The position numbers and the translations under genes are program-made. DNA of 64,000 bases, taken from assembly GCA_965202785.1 (NCBI GenBank), contig OZ241855.1, forward strand, positions 1,408,001-1,472,000. Direction: 5' to 3'. Below, in pieces: positions 32,408 to 42,296 of this stretch (its first letter is position 1; each line of letters starts with the position of its first letter). A model generated the notes under the pieces. It saw only the letters and a list, made by a program, of their open reading frames with translations. It was not told where the DNA came from and searched no databases. The stretch comes from Thermodesulfobacteriota bacterium. GTDB taxonomy: Bacteria; Desulfobacterota_D; UBA1144; Nemesobacterales; Nemesobacteraceae.

Positions 32408-34408
32408 ATGAATCTTCCCAGTATAAACGAACTTATTGCCTACAGGAAAAGAAGAGAGCCTGCCCTCGGAGTGGTCCTCTCTGCCCATCCCGACAAACTC
32501 TCCCTCTTCTCAGAAGATGGGAAGCGCTACTCGGTTGAACCGAAAAAAGTCGTACTGTTAACCGGAATAACCGTTTCTGAAACCCTTACTGACTCTGAGA
32601 AGAAACTCGAAATGAGGAAGTGGAGAAGAGAACTTGAGGAGAAAAAAGACTCCGTTGATGTGGAAACGCTGTGGCAGTGTGTTGTGGAGGAGCAGGAAAC
32701 CGTGAGCTTTGAGGAAATACTGGAGCTGTATTCGGGGGCGGAACAGATTTCTTCGGAGCAGAGGTTTTTGCTTTTCTGGGCCGTGGATAAAAACACGGTC
32801 TACCTTGCGAGAGGTGAAGATGGCTATCTCGTGCGCTCGCGGGAGGATGTCTCCAAGACACTTCGTACCCTTGAACTCAGAAAAGAAAGGGAACAAAAAG
32901 CGCAGGCCGCCGTAAGCTGGGTGCGTTCTGTTATAAGTGGCGAAGTTCCTCCGGTGGTCGATGAAAGCCACGGTGAGTTTCTTGAACTCATCGAGCGGTA
33001 CGTCATTGATCTTGACGGTTACGAGCGGGCTAAGGAAGCCAAGGGCTTTCTCTATGAAGCGGGACTTAAGGAAGTGGAATCGGCGGTTGAATTTCTTATA
33101 AAAACGGGCTTCTGGAAGAAAGACGATGACCCGGAATCAAAAAAAATCGCTTTTCATTTCAGACACTCCCAAAGAGCGCTTGAAGAGGTGGAAGCTATTT
33201 TGAGTGCTGGGGAAAACTTAGGAAACCTTACCGACAGGACGGATCTTGAAGCTTTTTCAGTTGATAGTGAGACAACGCAAGACATTGATGATGCCATTTC
33301 GTTTGAAACGCACGGGGATCAGATCACCCTGGGAGTCCACATTTCGAATGTCGCCCATGTTGTAACCAGGGGAAGTTTTATTGATCAGGGGGCCCTTGAG
33401 CGCGCTGAGACGGTTTATTTTCCTGAGGGACGCGTGGATATGTTTCCCCGGGATCTTGTGAATAAGAAACTCAGCCTTACTGCCGGCGACCTCCGACCTG
33501 CGTTTTCTCTTTTCGCCACTTTTAAAAGAGAGGACTTCACCTTGATCGATTATCGCTTTGAAGCGACGGTCATAAGGATTTCGAAGAATCTTACCTACGC
33601 CGAAACGACTGAAATGTTGCGCAACACACAATGGGGAGAATTCCTTGTGTCTCTCACTGATTCACTCAGAGAAGGGAGAATCAGCAAGGGAGCCCTTATA
33701 GTTCAGCTTCCGGAGCTCAAGATCAGGGTCGGAGACCAAGATGGAATTTCGGTCAGCAAAGATTACATGGATTCTCCCGCCCACAACGTCGTTTCCGAAT
33801 GCATGATACTCATGAACCGGCTTTCAGCAGATTTTTTCGATAAAAACGGAATTCCGGCACTCTTTCGTTCTCAGAGCCAAGATATTGAGCCTGAAGCCAG
33901 AGAACTTGACCCCGAAGACGTCCTTTTTCCGGTAAAGGTAGCAAAGCACTTAAAACCTTCTTTTGTTACCTATGTTCCAGAAACCCACAAGTCTCTGGGA
34001 GTCCCCTGCTACGTGCAGATGACTTCTCCGATAAGAAGGTATACGGATCTTCTTATGCAGCGCCAGCTTATATGTTGGCTTGAGGAACAGAGGATTTGCT
34101 ACTCGGAAAGCGAGCTTGAATCCACAAACACGCATGTGAGTCTTGCCACTAGGGAAATAAAAAACGCGCAGAGGGGCAGACACAGGTACTGGCTTATCCG
34201 TTATCTTCTGGAAAAGGATATAAAAGGGGCGGTAGGCTACGTAAGTTCCAGGGGATATAACGGGTTTAACGTTTATATTCCGGAGTTTCTGATCGAACTT
34301 GCGCTTTCTAACTCAGGCGGCAGGGTTTTTGACATAGGAAGTGAGCTTTCCCTCTCAATCTGGGGTGTCGACCCTCTCAGAAGAAGGATACGCGTAAGTC
34401 CGGCTTAG
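32408..34408 (+). CDS. RNB-domain exoribonuclease (RNase II/R family)
   Basis: DSETTQDIDDAIS, ECMILMN, TSPIRRYTDLLMQRQ. Confidence 0.88.
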   Translation: MNLPSINELIAYRKRREPALGVVLSAHPDKLSLFSEDGKRYSVEPKKVVLLTGITVSETLTDSEKKLEMRKWRRELEEKKDSVDVETLWQCVVEEQETVSFEEILELYSGAEQISSEQRFLLFWAVDKNTVYLARGEDGYLVRSREDVSKTLRTLELRKEREQKAQAAVSWVRSVISGEVPPVVDESHGEFLELIERYVIDLDGYERAKEAKGFLYEAGLKEVESAVEFLIKTGFWKKDDDPESKKIAFHFRHSQRALEEVEAILSAGENLGNLTDRTDLEAFSVDSETTQDIDDAISFETHGDQITLGVHISNVAHVVTRGSFIDQGALERAETVYFPEGRVDMFPRDLVNKKLSLTAGDLRPAFSLFATFKREDFTLIDYRFEATVIRISKNLTYAETTEMLRNTQWGEFLVSLTDSLREGRISKGALIVQLPELKIRVGDQDGISVSKDYMDSPAHNVVSECMILMNRLSADFFDKNGIPALFRSQSQDIEPEARELDPEDVLFPVKVAKHLKPSFVTYVPETHKSLGVPCYVQMTSPIRRYTDLLMQRQLICWLEEQRICYSESELESTNTHVSLATREIKNAQRGRHRYWLIRYLLEKDIKGAVGYVSSRGYNGFNVYIPEFLIELALSNSGGRVFDIGSELSLSIWGVDPLRRRIRVSPA

Positions 34409-34474
34409 TGTTCTGTGTGCCGGAACCCAAGTTCAAACAAGCATATGCTGTCGGAGTGGGAAAGACTGCTCTCT

Positions 34475-35854
34475 TCAGTGCTTTTCTTCAAGAATTTCGA
34501 GAATTTCTTCAAGCCTTGTGACCTTCACTCTCGGCCTTCCCTGTTTTTCGCCTTCTTTCTTTTCAAACCAGTCAACCCGCAGCCATTCATTGTAGGAAAT
34601 ATGTTTTTCTTCGAGCAGTTCCTTTGTGCTCTCGTCCGAAGTGAGTTCGGGACGCAGTGTGTTTCCCCTCTCGATGTCCTCGACCATGCAGCTTACGGTT
34701 TCGCCGGAGTCGGCCTTGTTCGTACCGATAACTCCGGTCGGTCCGCGTTTTATCCACCCTGTGGTGTAGAGTCCGGTAATCGGATTGCCGCCCGTTTTGT
34801 CAAGCACTCTTCCTTTTTCGCTGGGGATTACACCTGAACGGTCATCAAACGGTACGTCCCGAAGAGGTATTCCCCGGTACCCGACGGAGCGAAAAACCAG
34901 ATCGGCGGGAATCTCTTCGGTCTCGTCCGTGGGTTTGGGCCGAAGGGACCCGTCATCGGATTTGTAAAGCCTGTTTTTCACGACTTTCACGCTTTTTACC
35001 CTGTTGTTTTCTCCGGCAATTATTTCTATCGGAGAAACCAAGAATCTTATGACTATTTTCTTTGATTTGGAGGGGACCCTCTCGGAAGCTTTTTTTATAA
35101 GTTCTATTTTCGTCTGGGCTGTCCTGTCCGGTTTACGCTCAAGCTCCTCGAGCGTAAGGGAATCGGGCTCCGCTTCGTCCGCCAGGGTAAGGAGATCCGC
35201 GTCCTCAAGATTCTCAAGTTCCCGCAGTTCTGGGTTAGTGAAGGCCGCCTGCGCGGGGCCTCTTCTTCCAAGCATCTGTATTTCCCTTATTCCGCTTTTG
35301 GCCAGCTCCTCAAGCGCGTAGTCTGCGATATCCGTTTTTTCCATTTCGCTTCTTGTGAGGGAAAGAATTCTCGCAACATCCACCGCGACATTCCCGACTC
35401 CGACTATGACGACTCTTTTCCCCGAAAAGTCAAAACCAAGGCCCATGTGATCCGGGTGGGAGTTGTACCAGCCTACAAACTCCGTTGCCGTGTGGCTTCC
35501 GATTATACCCTCTCCCGGTATTCCCATTTTTCTGTCGGTCTGGGCCCCTGTTGCGAAAACTATCTGGTGGTAACGGCTGCGCAGGTCCTCAAGCGTTACG
35601 TGTTTTCCGAACTCTACAAGTCCAAAAAACCTGAATTGAGGGTTGGATGCGATTTTATCATAAACTCTGGCTACGCTCTTTATCTTCTGGTGGTCCGGAG
35701 CTACCCCGCTTCTCACGAGACCGTGGGGAGTCGCAAGTTTCTCGAACATGTCTATGAACACGCGGTCGCCAAGTTTTTTCTGCAGATGGTCGGCTGCGTA
35801 GAAAGCTGCGGGTCCCGATCCAACTATGGCAATTTTTATTTTTTCAAGACTCAT
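34475..35854 (-). CDS. Ferredoxin-NADP+ reductase, FprA/adrenodoxin-reductase type
   Basis: GSGPAAFYAA, GLVRSGVAPDHQKIK, GVGNVAVDVAR, GRRGPAQAAF, GWIKRGPTGVIGTN. Confidence 0.9.
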   Translation of the reverse strand: MSLEKIKIAIVGSGPAAFYAADHLQKKLGDRVFIDMFEKLATPHGLVRSGVAPDHQKIKSVARVYDKIASNPQFRFFGLVEFGKHVTLEDLRSRYHQIVFATGAQTDRKMGIPGEGIIGSHTATEFVGWYNSHPDHMGLGFDFSGKRVVIVGVGNVAVDVARILSLTRSEMEKTDIADYALEELAKSGIREIQMLGRRGPAQAAFTNPELRELENLEDADLLTLADEAEPDSLTLEELERKPDRTAQTKIELIKKASERVPSKSKKIVIRFLVSPIEIIAGENNRVKSVKVVKNRLYKSDDGSLRPKPTDETEEIPADLVFRSVGYRGIPLRDVPFDDRSGVIPSEKGRVLDKTGGNPITGLYTTGWIKRGPTGVIGTNKADSGETVSCMVEDIERGNTLRPELTSDESTKELLEEKHISYNEWLRVDWFEKKEGEKQGRPRVKVTRLEEILEILEEKH

Positions 35855-35979
35855 GCCGTGGGAAGTATATATGCAATATTCCATAAATCTATTGCCGAGA
35901 AAGCTTTTTCTTCTTTATCTTTTAGGTTTGTGTGGCGGAGTTCTTAAATCCTCCTTTTTCCGCTAACAGGGCCTGATGG

Positions 35980-35988
35980 TGGTATAAT
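35980..35988 (+). promoter_or_regulatory. Extended -10 promoter upstream of ptsP
   Basis: TG-G-TATAAT 32 nt before the ATG at 36021. Confidence 0.55.
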
Positions 35989-36020
35989 ACTAGTTTCTTT
36001 GTGTGTGGCGGAGTGACCCT

Positions 36021-38315
36021 ATGATTGTTAAAGAGCGTAGTGAACCGGAGCACTTTCATCTCAAGGTGGTTCATGAGATAAGCGACTTGATCAACAAGTC
36101 CGTGGGTCTTAACACCGTTTTGGGGAGGGTGGTCAGAAAAATTTCGTCCTCGCTTCACTACGATGTCGTCTCCATATACGTCTGGGATGATTCAAGAGAG
36201 GTTCTCAGGCTCATGGCTAACAGGGGTCTTCAGGTCAAACCGAAAAGCGATATCTTTCTGCGCTCGGATGAAGGTCTTACCGGGATGGTTCATAAAACGA
36301 AGGTTCCTTTGGTGGCCATGCCGGCTTCTAAGCATCCCAATTACAGATATTTTCCCGAAATAGGCGAAGAGGAATACGAAAGCTACATAGGCGTTCCCAT
36401 AATGCTTCACGATGTATGTGTCGGGGTGCTTGTCGGGCAGAACAAAACCCCCATGCAGATAACCCCGGCCGAGCAGACTCTTTTTCAGATAATAGCACTA
36501 CGACTTGCCGGGGTCCTTGAAGTCGCGAACACCCTGGACCGGCTGAAACCCCCGTCCATGGTGAAACACGAGACGAGGAGCTATCAAGGAAAAGGAGTTT
36601 CTGAAGGAGTGGCTGTGGGCAAAGCGGTTACATTCCGCGGGCTTTTCCGTCGGATGTCCACTATGGAGATGACGGCCCGTACTTCAGGAATCGAAAAGAG
36701 AAGAGTTAGAAACTCTATAAAGAATATATCGCAAGACCTTAAGAACACTATAAAAAAAATGGATTCTGAAGGGAAGCTCTCGAAAAACGAAGTGGATATC
36801 TTCCGTTCACATCTAATGATAGTAGATAGCCGCGACATGGAGAAAGGAACTGGCGAACTCATAGATGAAAAGAGGGTTTCGGCCGAGGCCGCGGTGGTTG
36901 AGTATCTCGAATCCCAGGCATCGCGCTTTGAATCCCTTCCGGATTCCTACATGAGGGAGAGGGCCTACGATTTCAGAGATATAGGTGAGAGGATGCTCCG
37001 GGATCTTACCCGTTCAAAGCACGAGAATATTTCGGCTTCCGACGACGGAGAGCCCTTAATACTTGTGGCAAGAGAGATAGGCGTTTCTTTTGTCACTGCT
37101 GTTGAGGGGGAAGTGGGGGGGATAGTCCTTGAAAAAGGCGGAGAGACTTCGCACGCGGTCATAATAGCGAAATCGCTCGGGATTCCGGTAGTCGTCGGCA
37201 TAGACAACATCGTGAATCTGGTACATCCCGGAGATGATATGATAGTTGACGGGAGAAGCGGTTTCATTTTCACAAACCCCGACCAGGTGCTTAAGGATGA
37301 GTATCTATCCATGCACCAAAAAGCCGTTGAACTCCGCAACTTCATAGAGACTGAAGCCGAAAAAAGTACCAGCACAGGTCTTAACGTCGAAATAACGGCG
37401 AATGTCGGAATTCCGGCCGATGCTGAGATGGCCAAGCGTTACGGCATTAAGAGAGCGGGACTTTTCAGAACGGAGTTTGCCTTCGCGCGGTTTAAGAAAT
37501 GGCCTAGTGTAAGGTCCCAGCTAAAAATATACAAGGAGATCTCAGCTAATTTTGAGGATGGGGTGACCATTAGGACTCTGGACGTGGGTTCTGACAAGAT
37601 ACTTTCCTATATCAACATGCCGAAAGAAGAGAATCCTCTTCTTGGTCTTCGCTCGATCCGCTTTTCAATGGAGTATCTTGATCTTTTCAGGGATCAGGTG
37701 AAATCCATTTTGCTTGCGGCGAAAAAGGGGGGGGATTTCAAGATTCTTCTGCCTATGGTATCAAATGTCTGGGAGGTTGAGACCGCGGCGCAGATAATTG
37801 ACGAACTGTCTGCCGAAGTCAGTCTTCACCGACATGATATGCCGCAGCTCGGAATAATGATGGAGGTTCCGGCACTTGTATATCAGTTCGGTGATTACGC
37901 GGACTTAATAGATTTTGTTTCCATTGGAACAAACGACCTCATACAATACCTGCTCGCGGTGGATAGAAATTCAAACGCAGTTGGACATCTCTATTCGGCT
38001 TTTCATCCTTCCGTGGTGAGAATGCTGGATTTTACAAGAGAGCAGGTTCTCTCAAGCGGAAAAGATCTCTCCATCTGCGGAGAAATAGCGGGAGTCCCTT
38101 CCGGTACACTCCTGATCTTGGCTCTTGGCTACCGTCATCTGAGCGTTTCCCCGCTTCGGTTCCCTTATGTGAAATTTCTTTCGGACAGGCTTTCTGAACG
38201 GATGCTTGAGGAAATCAGGTCCGACGTATTGCTACTCTCAAAGGAGTCTGACATAGAGAGGTACTTAAAGGATATCCTTAACTCCATAAACCCGATGTTG
38301 CTCGAAGTAGAGTAG
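36021..38315 (+). CDS. ptsP: GAF-domain PEP-protein phosphotransferase (enzyme I-Ntr type)
   Basis: N-terminal GAF domain (EGLTG, YIGVPI); GGETSH phospho-His; GLFRTEF; SIGTNDLIQY; CGE. Confidence 0.93.
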   Translation: MIVKERSEPEHFHLKVVHEISDLINKSVGLNTVLGRVVRKISSSLHYDVVSIYVWDDSREVLRLMANRGLQVKPKSDIFLRSDEGLTGMVHKTKVPLVAMPASKHPNYRYFPEIGEEEYESYIGVPIMLHDVCVGVLVGQNKTPMQITPAEQTLFQIIALRLAGVLEVANTLDRLKPPSMVKHETRSYQGKGVSEGVAVGKAVTFRGLFRRMSTMEMTARTSGIEKRRVRNSIKNISQDLKNTIKKMDSEGKLSKNEVDIFRSHLMIVDSRDMEKGTGELIDEKRVSAEAAVVEYLESQASRFESLPDSYMRERAYDFRDIGERMLRDLTRSKHENISASDDGEPLILVAREIGVSFVTAVEGEVGGIVLEKGGETSHAVIIAKSLGIPVVVGIDNIVNLVHPGDDMIVDGRSGFIFTNPDQVLKDEYLSMHQKAVELRNFIETEAEKSTSTGLNVEITANVGIPADAEMAKRYGIKRAGLFRTEFAFARFKKWPSVRSQLKIYKEISANFEDGVTIRTLDVGSDKILSYINMPKEENPLLGLRSIRFSMEYLDLFRDQVKSILLAAKKGGDFKILLPMVSNVWEVETAAQIIDELSAEVSLHRHDMPQLGIMMEVPALVYQFGDYADLIDFVSIGTNDLIQYLLAVDRNSNAVGHLYSAFHPSVVRMLDFTREQVLSSGKDLSICGEIAGVPSGTLLILALGYRHLSVSPLRFPYVKFLSDRLSERMLEEIRSDVLLLSKESDIERYLKDILNSINPMLLEVE

Positions 38316-38317
38316 CC

Positions 38318-39244
38318 ATGATCAAAAGATCTACCCTTATCCCGCTGGTGCTTTTTATCCTTACGGCGGCCACGACTTTTCTTTCCGGCTACATGATAAG
38401 CGGAACCTATACGGGAGGCGTTCTTTTCTCGATTTCTCTGGTCGCTATTCTCGGAGCCCATGAAATGGGCCATTACTTTTACGGTAGGAAATACGGCGTT
38501 TCCATAACTCTTCCCTGGTTTATTCCTGCTCCTCCCTTCCTCTCCCCGATAGGGACGTTCGGGGCGTTTATAAGGATAAAGTCCCGAATACGCGGCCGAA
38601 GGGAGCTTTTCGACATAGGGGTTGCTGGCCCCATAGCCGGAGTGGTGGTAGCTCTTCCGGTTCTGTTTGTCGGACTGCTTTTCTCAGACGTGGTCGCTTT
38701 GGATTCCGAGAGGCTCTCTGAGATGCAGACGGCCATGTCTCTCGGTAATTCTCTCGTGTTTTCCCTTTTCTCAAAAATGGCCATCGGGGATGTCGCCCAG
38801 GGGTACGAAATTTTGCTGCACCCAGTTGCGTTTGCGGGATGGATAGGTCTTTTCGTAACCGTTTTGAATCTCATGCCCGCGGGACAGCTTGACGGAGGAC
38901 ATCTTGTATACTGCATCTTCCCGGCGGAGTGGCATAAAGCTATATCGGCCGCTACGGTTATTTTTCTTGCAATAATGGGAGTGGGAACGGTGCCTCTGAT
39001 GGACTTTGCGGATTATCTGGGGTTGTGGGTGCTTGGCGTTCTTCCTGAGTGGCTTATGTTTGAGGGTTGGGTCGGCTGGCTTTTCTGGGCCATACTGCTT
39101 TTGGTTCTCGGGACATCCCATCCGCCGACCATATCAAGTGATACCGAGATCGGTGCCGGAAGAAAAGCGCTTGCTTTTGTCTCGCTGCTTATTTTCATTT
39201 CCTGTTTTACCCCTGTTCCCATCAGTATCGTGGAATTCGGTTAG
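38318..39244 (+). CDS. Site-2 protease (M50) family membrane metalloprotease
   Basis: HEMGH, AGPIAG, NLMPAGQLDGGH. Confidence 0.92.
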   Translation: MIKRSTLIPLVLFILTAATTFLSGYMISGTYTGGVLFSISLVAILGAHEMGHYFYGRKYGVSITLPWFIPAPPFLSPIGTFGAFIRIKSRIRGRRELFDIGVAGPIAGVVVALPVLFVGLLFSDVVALDSERLSEMQTAMSLGNSLVFSLFSKMAIGDVAQGYEILLHPVAFAGWIGLFVTVLNLMPAGQLDGGHLVYCIFPAEWHKAISAATVIFLAIMGVGTVPLMDFADYLGLWVLGVLPEWLMFEGWVGWLFWAILLLVLGTSHPPTISSDTEIGAGRKALAFVSLLIFISCFTPVPISIVEFG

Positions 39245-39250
39245 ATCGTT

Positions 39251-39279
39251 TTGCGTTTAGTTAAAAAATCTGTTACAAT
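39251..39279 (+). promoter_or_regulatory. sigma70 promoter of gltA
   Basis: TTGCGT, 17 nt (ending TGT, extended -10), TACAAT. Confidence 0.65.
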
Positions 39280-39404
39280 CACTCCGATCGGTTGGATTGA
39301 CTCCGAAGGGTGTTGGAGTGAAAAAGAGGGTGGTTCACATACGGGAATCCGATTCGACCGGTAACTTGATTTAAACAACTTCACTACTGCGAGGAGATTT
39401 ACAA

Positions 39405-40700
39405 ATGTCGAAGAACACTTTGTCTGTAACGGATAACAGGACAGGTAAAACATACGAACTTGCTATAGACAACGATACCATAAAAGCCACTGACCTTCGT
39501 CAGATAAGGGTTAAGGACGAAGATTTTGGCATGATGAGCTATGACCCCGCTTTCGGGAATACGGCTTCGTGCAAAAGCAAGGTTACTTTCATTGATGGAG
39601 AAAAGGGAATCCTGAGGTACAGGGGATACCCGATAGAAGAGCTGGCGAAAAAAAGCAACTTCCTCGAAGTCGCTTACCTGCTTATTCACGGTGAGTTGCC
39701 TAACAAATCGGAATACAACAGCTGGGTTCACGACATAACGCATCACACTTACGTGCATGAAAATATAAGGAAGCTCATGGATGGATTCCGCTACGACGCG
39801 CACCCGATGGGCATGTTGCTTGCTACTGTCGGAGCCCTCTCGACCTTCTATCCGGATGCAAAGGACATATTCGATACCGACGTGCAGAAACTCGAGATAA
39901 GAAGGCTCATAGCGAAGACGCCGACCATAGCCGGATTTTCCTACAGGCATATAATGGGTCTCCCATATGTATATCCTGACAACGAACTCAGCTACGCCGG
40001 AAATTTCCTTTCAATGATGTTCAAGATGACCGAGACCAAGTATGAGCCGAATCCGGCGATAGAGAAGGCTATAGATGTTCTTTTCATCCTTCACGCAGAC
40101 CACGAGCAGAACTGCAGCGCAAGCGCGATGAGAAACGTCGGAAGCTCCCATCCGGATCCGTACTCCGCGGCCGCCGCGGCGATTGCCGCCCTGTACGGCC
40201 CTCTTCACGGTGGAGCGAACGAGGCGGTGCTTGAAATGCTCGCCGACATAGGTTCGATTGACAGAATTCCGCAGTACATAGAAAGGGCCAAGAAAGGAGA
40301 ATTCAGGCTCATGGGCTTCGGACACAGGGTGTACAAGGCTTACGATCCGAGAGCGGCGATAATAAAGGACATAGCCCACGACGTGTTTGAAGTAACCGGG
40401 AAAAATCCTCTGCTTGACATAGCGCTTGAGCTTGAGAGAATAGCCCTTGAAGACGACTACTTCGTAAGAAGAAGGCTTTATCCGAACGTTGATTTCTACT
40501 CCGGACTCATATACCAGAGCATAGGTCTTCCCACGAGCATGTTTACCGTCCTTTTCGCGATAGCGAGGATGGCCGGATGGCTTGCCCAGTGGCTTGAGTT
40601 GATGAACGATCCCGAAACCAGAATCGCAAGGCCTAGACAGGTTTATCTGGGGGAAGATAATAGAAAATATGTGGCGATGAGCAGAAGGCGTAAGAAGTAA
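39405..40700 (+). CDS. gltA: Citrate synthase
   Basis: LHADHEQNCS, GPLHGGANE, GFGHRVYK, YPNVDFYSG, RPRQ; SD GAGGAG. Confidence 0.98.
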   Translation: MSKNTLSVTDNRTGKTYELAIDNDTIKATDLRQIRVKDEDFGMMSYDPAFGNTASCKSKVTFIDGEKGILRYRGYPIEELAKKSNFLEVAYLLIHGELPNKSEYNSWVHDITHHTYVHENIRKLMDGFRYDAHPMGMLLATVGALSTFYPDAKDIFDTDVQKLEIRRLIAKTPTIAGFSYRHIMGLPYVYPDNELSYAGNFLSMMFKMTETKYEPNPAIEKAIDVLFILHADHEQNCSASAMRNVGSSHPDPYSAAAAAIAALYGPLHGGANEAVLEMLADIGSIDRIPQYIERAKKGEFRLMGFGHRVYKAYDPRAAIIKDIAHDVFEVTGKNPLLDIALELERIALEDDYFVRRRLYPNVDFYSGLIYQSIGLPTSMFTVLFAIARMAGWLAQWLELMNDPETRIARPRQVYLGEDNRKYVAMSRRRKK

Positions 40701-40762
40701 CTCTGTAGACGCAAATCACGGCTGAGGAAAAAACGGGGAAAGGGGTGGAGAGACGCTCACGC

Positions 40763-41107
40763 TTAGCTTGCCGAGAAGTGTTTTCCTATTATCGTGTTGT
40801 AATAGTAGTCGATCGTGTGCTCAGTGTTGGCTATCAGAATTGAGATGGCTGCGTTGCGGCCTCTCTCCGATAGAATAAATGCTTTCCCACTGTTTTCACG
40901 CGCTGCTCTTTCCTCAAGCATTTCCAGAAAAGAGTCTTTGAAAGTGTCTCTGTCATCCCGAAGGGCCGTCTCAAGCAGGGCTTCGTCCTGAAGATCGTAT
41001 TTTTTCTTTTTTATCTCCTCGTGAAGCGCTAGAGAGAATTTCTCAAGATCAAGTTCGGGGAAATTTTCCCTGGCGATTTCCTCGAATACGCGGAACAGTT
41101 CTTCCAT
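40763..41107 (-). CDS. Hypothetical acidic protein (about 114 aa)
   Basis: ATG overlaps the stop of the upstream M42 gene (TAATG); no family recognised. Confidence 0.65.
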   Translation of the reverse strand: MEELFRVFEEIARENFPELDLEKFSLALHEEIKKKKYDLQDEALLETALRDDRDTFKDSFLEMLEERAARENSGKAFILSERGRNAAISILIANTEHTIDYYYNTIIGKHFSAS

Positions 41108-42165
41108 TATTGCTGGTGAGCACTCTGGCTCTGATTTGATAGACTGAATTCCCCTATATCCCTGAGCAGACATGACACCAGGTCTATCGTGTGAGCGATA
41201 TCGCTTTTATAGGCAAGGGAGCTCGGGCTGTGAAGATACCTTGTCGGAACCGACAGGACGGCCGCCCTGGTTCCCTTCCCGGTGACCTGCATGGCGGTTG
41301 CGTTTGTACTGCCCGCTTTTTTTACCGTTACCTGGCAGGGGATTTCGTTTTTCCCTGCAAGTTCCTTTATAAAAAAGCTAAACGGTCTGTGCGCCACCAA
41401 GAACCTGTCTGAAAGCCTGATCTCGGGTCCCTTGCCGATATTGGCAAAAGATTTGCTTTCCGAGACCCCCGGTATGTCCATTGCCACGGTGCCTTCAAGT
41501 GCGACGGCGAAGTCCGGTTCGTAAACCGGTGTTATTACCCTCGCCCCGCGAAGTCCGACTTCTTCCTGCACGGTAAAGGTAACTATGAGATTGCAGCCCG
41601 GATTAGGGGTCTTTTTAAGAGCTTCGATTATTACGAAAAGACCCATCCTGTCGTCAAGGGCCTTTGAAATTACGGAATCCTCGGTTTCATCAAGGGAAGT
41701 GTCAAATGAGACCATGTCCCCTACTTTTACTAGGTCGGCGACTTTTTCAGGACTGAGCCCGAGATCGACCGCGCAGTCCTCAATTTCCGGAACTTCCTTG
41801 GCGCCTCCGCTTGCCCTGGTCACGTGGGGCGGAACCGCTGCCACTACCCCTTTTAGGGGTTCTTTCCCCCACACCACGAGGCGCTGCCCGTAGAAAACCC
41901 TGGCGTCCATTCCTCCAAGCGGGGTTACCCTCAAAAACCCCCTGTTATCTATATGATGTACCATGAATCCTACTTCGTCCATGTGAGCGTCAAGAACAAA
42001 AGTGGGACCGTCTCCCGGGATACGGGCGATTATGTTTCCGAGAACATCTTCGGTGATATCTTCTGAAAATTTCTTTATTTCCTCAAGCAGAATCGCCTTA
42101 ACCAAGCCCTCATCACCGGGCATTCCTGGAGTGTCGCAGAGCTTCTTTAAGAGTTTTATATCCAT
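41107..42165 (-). CDS. M42-family metallo-aminopeptidase
   Basis: AHMDEVG, KALDDR, QEEVGLRGA, RYLHS. Confidence 0.93.
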   Translation of the reverse strand: MDIKLLKKLCDTPGMPGDEGLVKAILLEEIKKFSEDITEDVLGNIIARIPGDGPTFVLDAHMDEVGFMVHHIDNRGFLRVTPLGGMDARVFYGQRLVVWGKEPLKGVVAAVPPHVTRASGGAKEVPEIEDCAVDLGLSPEKVADLVKVGDMVSFDTSLDETEDSVISKALDDRMGLFVIIEALKKTPNPGCNLIVTFTVQEEVGLRGARVITPVYEPDFAVALEGTVAMDIPGVSESKSFANIGKGPEIRLSDRFLVAHRPFSFFIKELAGKNEIPCQVTVKKAGSTNATAMQVTGKGTRAAVLSVPTRYLHSPSSLAYKSDIAHTIDLVSCLLRDIGEFSLSNQSQSAHQQ

Positions 42166-42296
42166 GACGGGCTGATTATAACCAAACAGACCTCTTTTCC
42201 AAAACCGAGAAAAGAAGCGCGAGCTTTCCGAATTGATTTATAAGTCTCAGAGCTTAATCTTTATAACAAAGTGCGAACTGAAGACAGGAGACGGAC

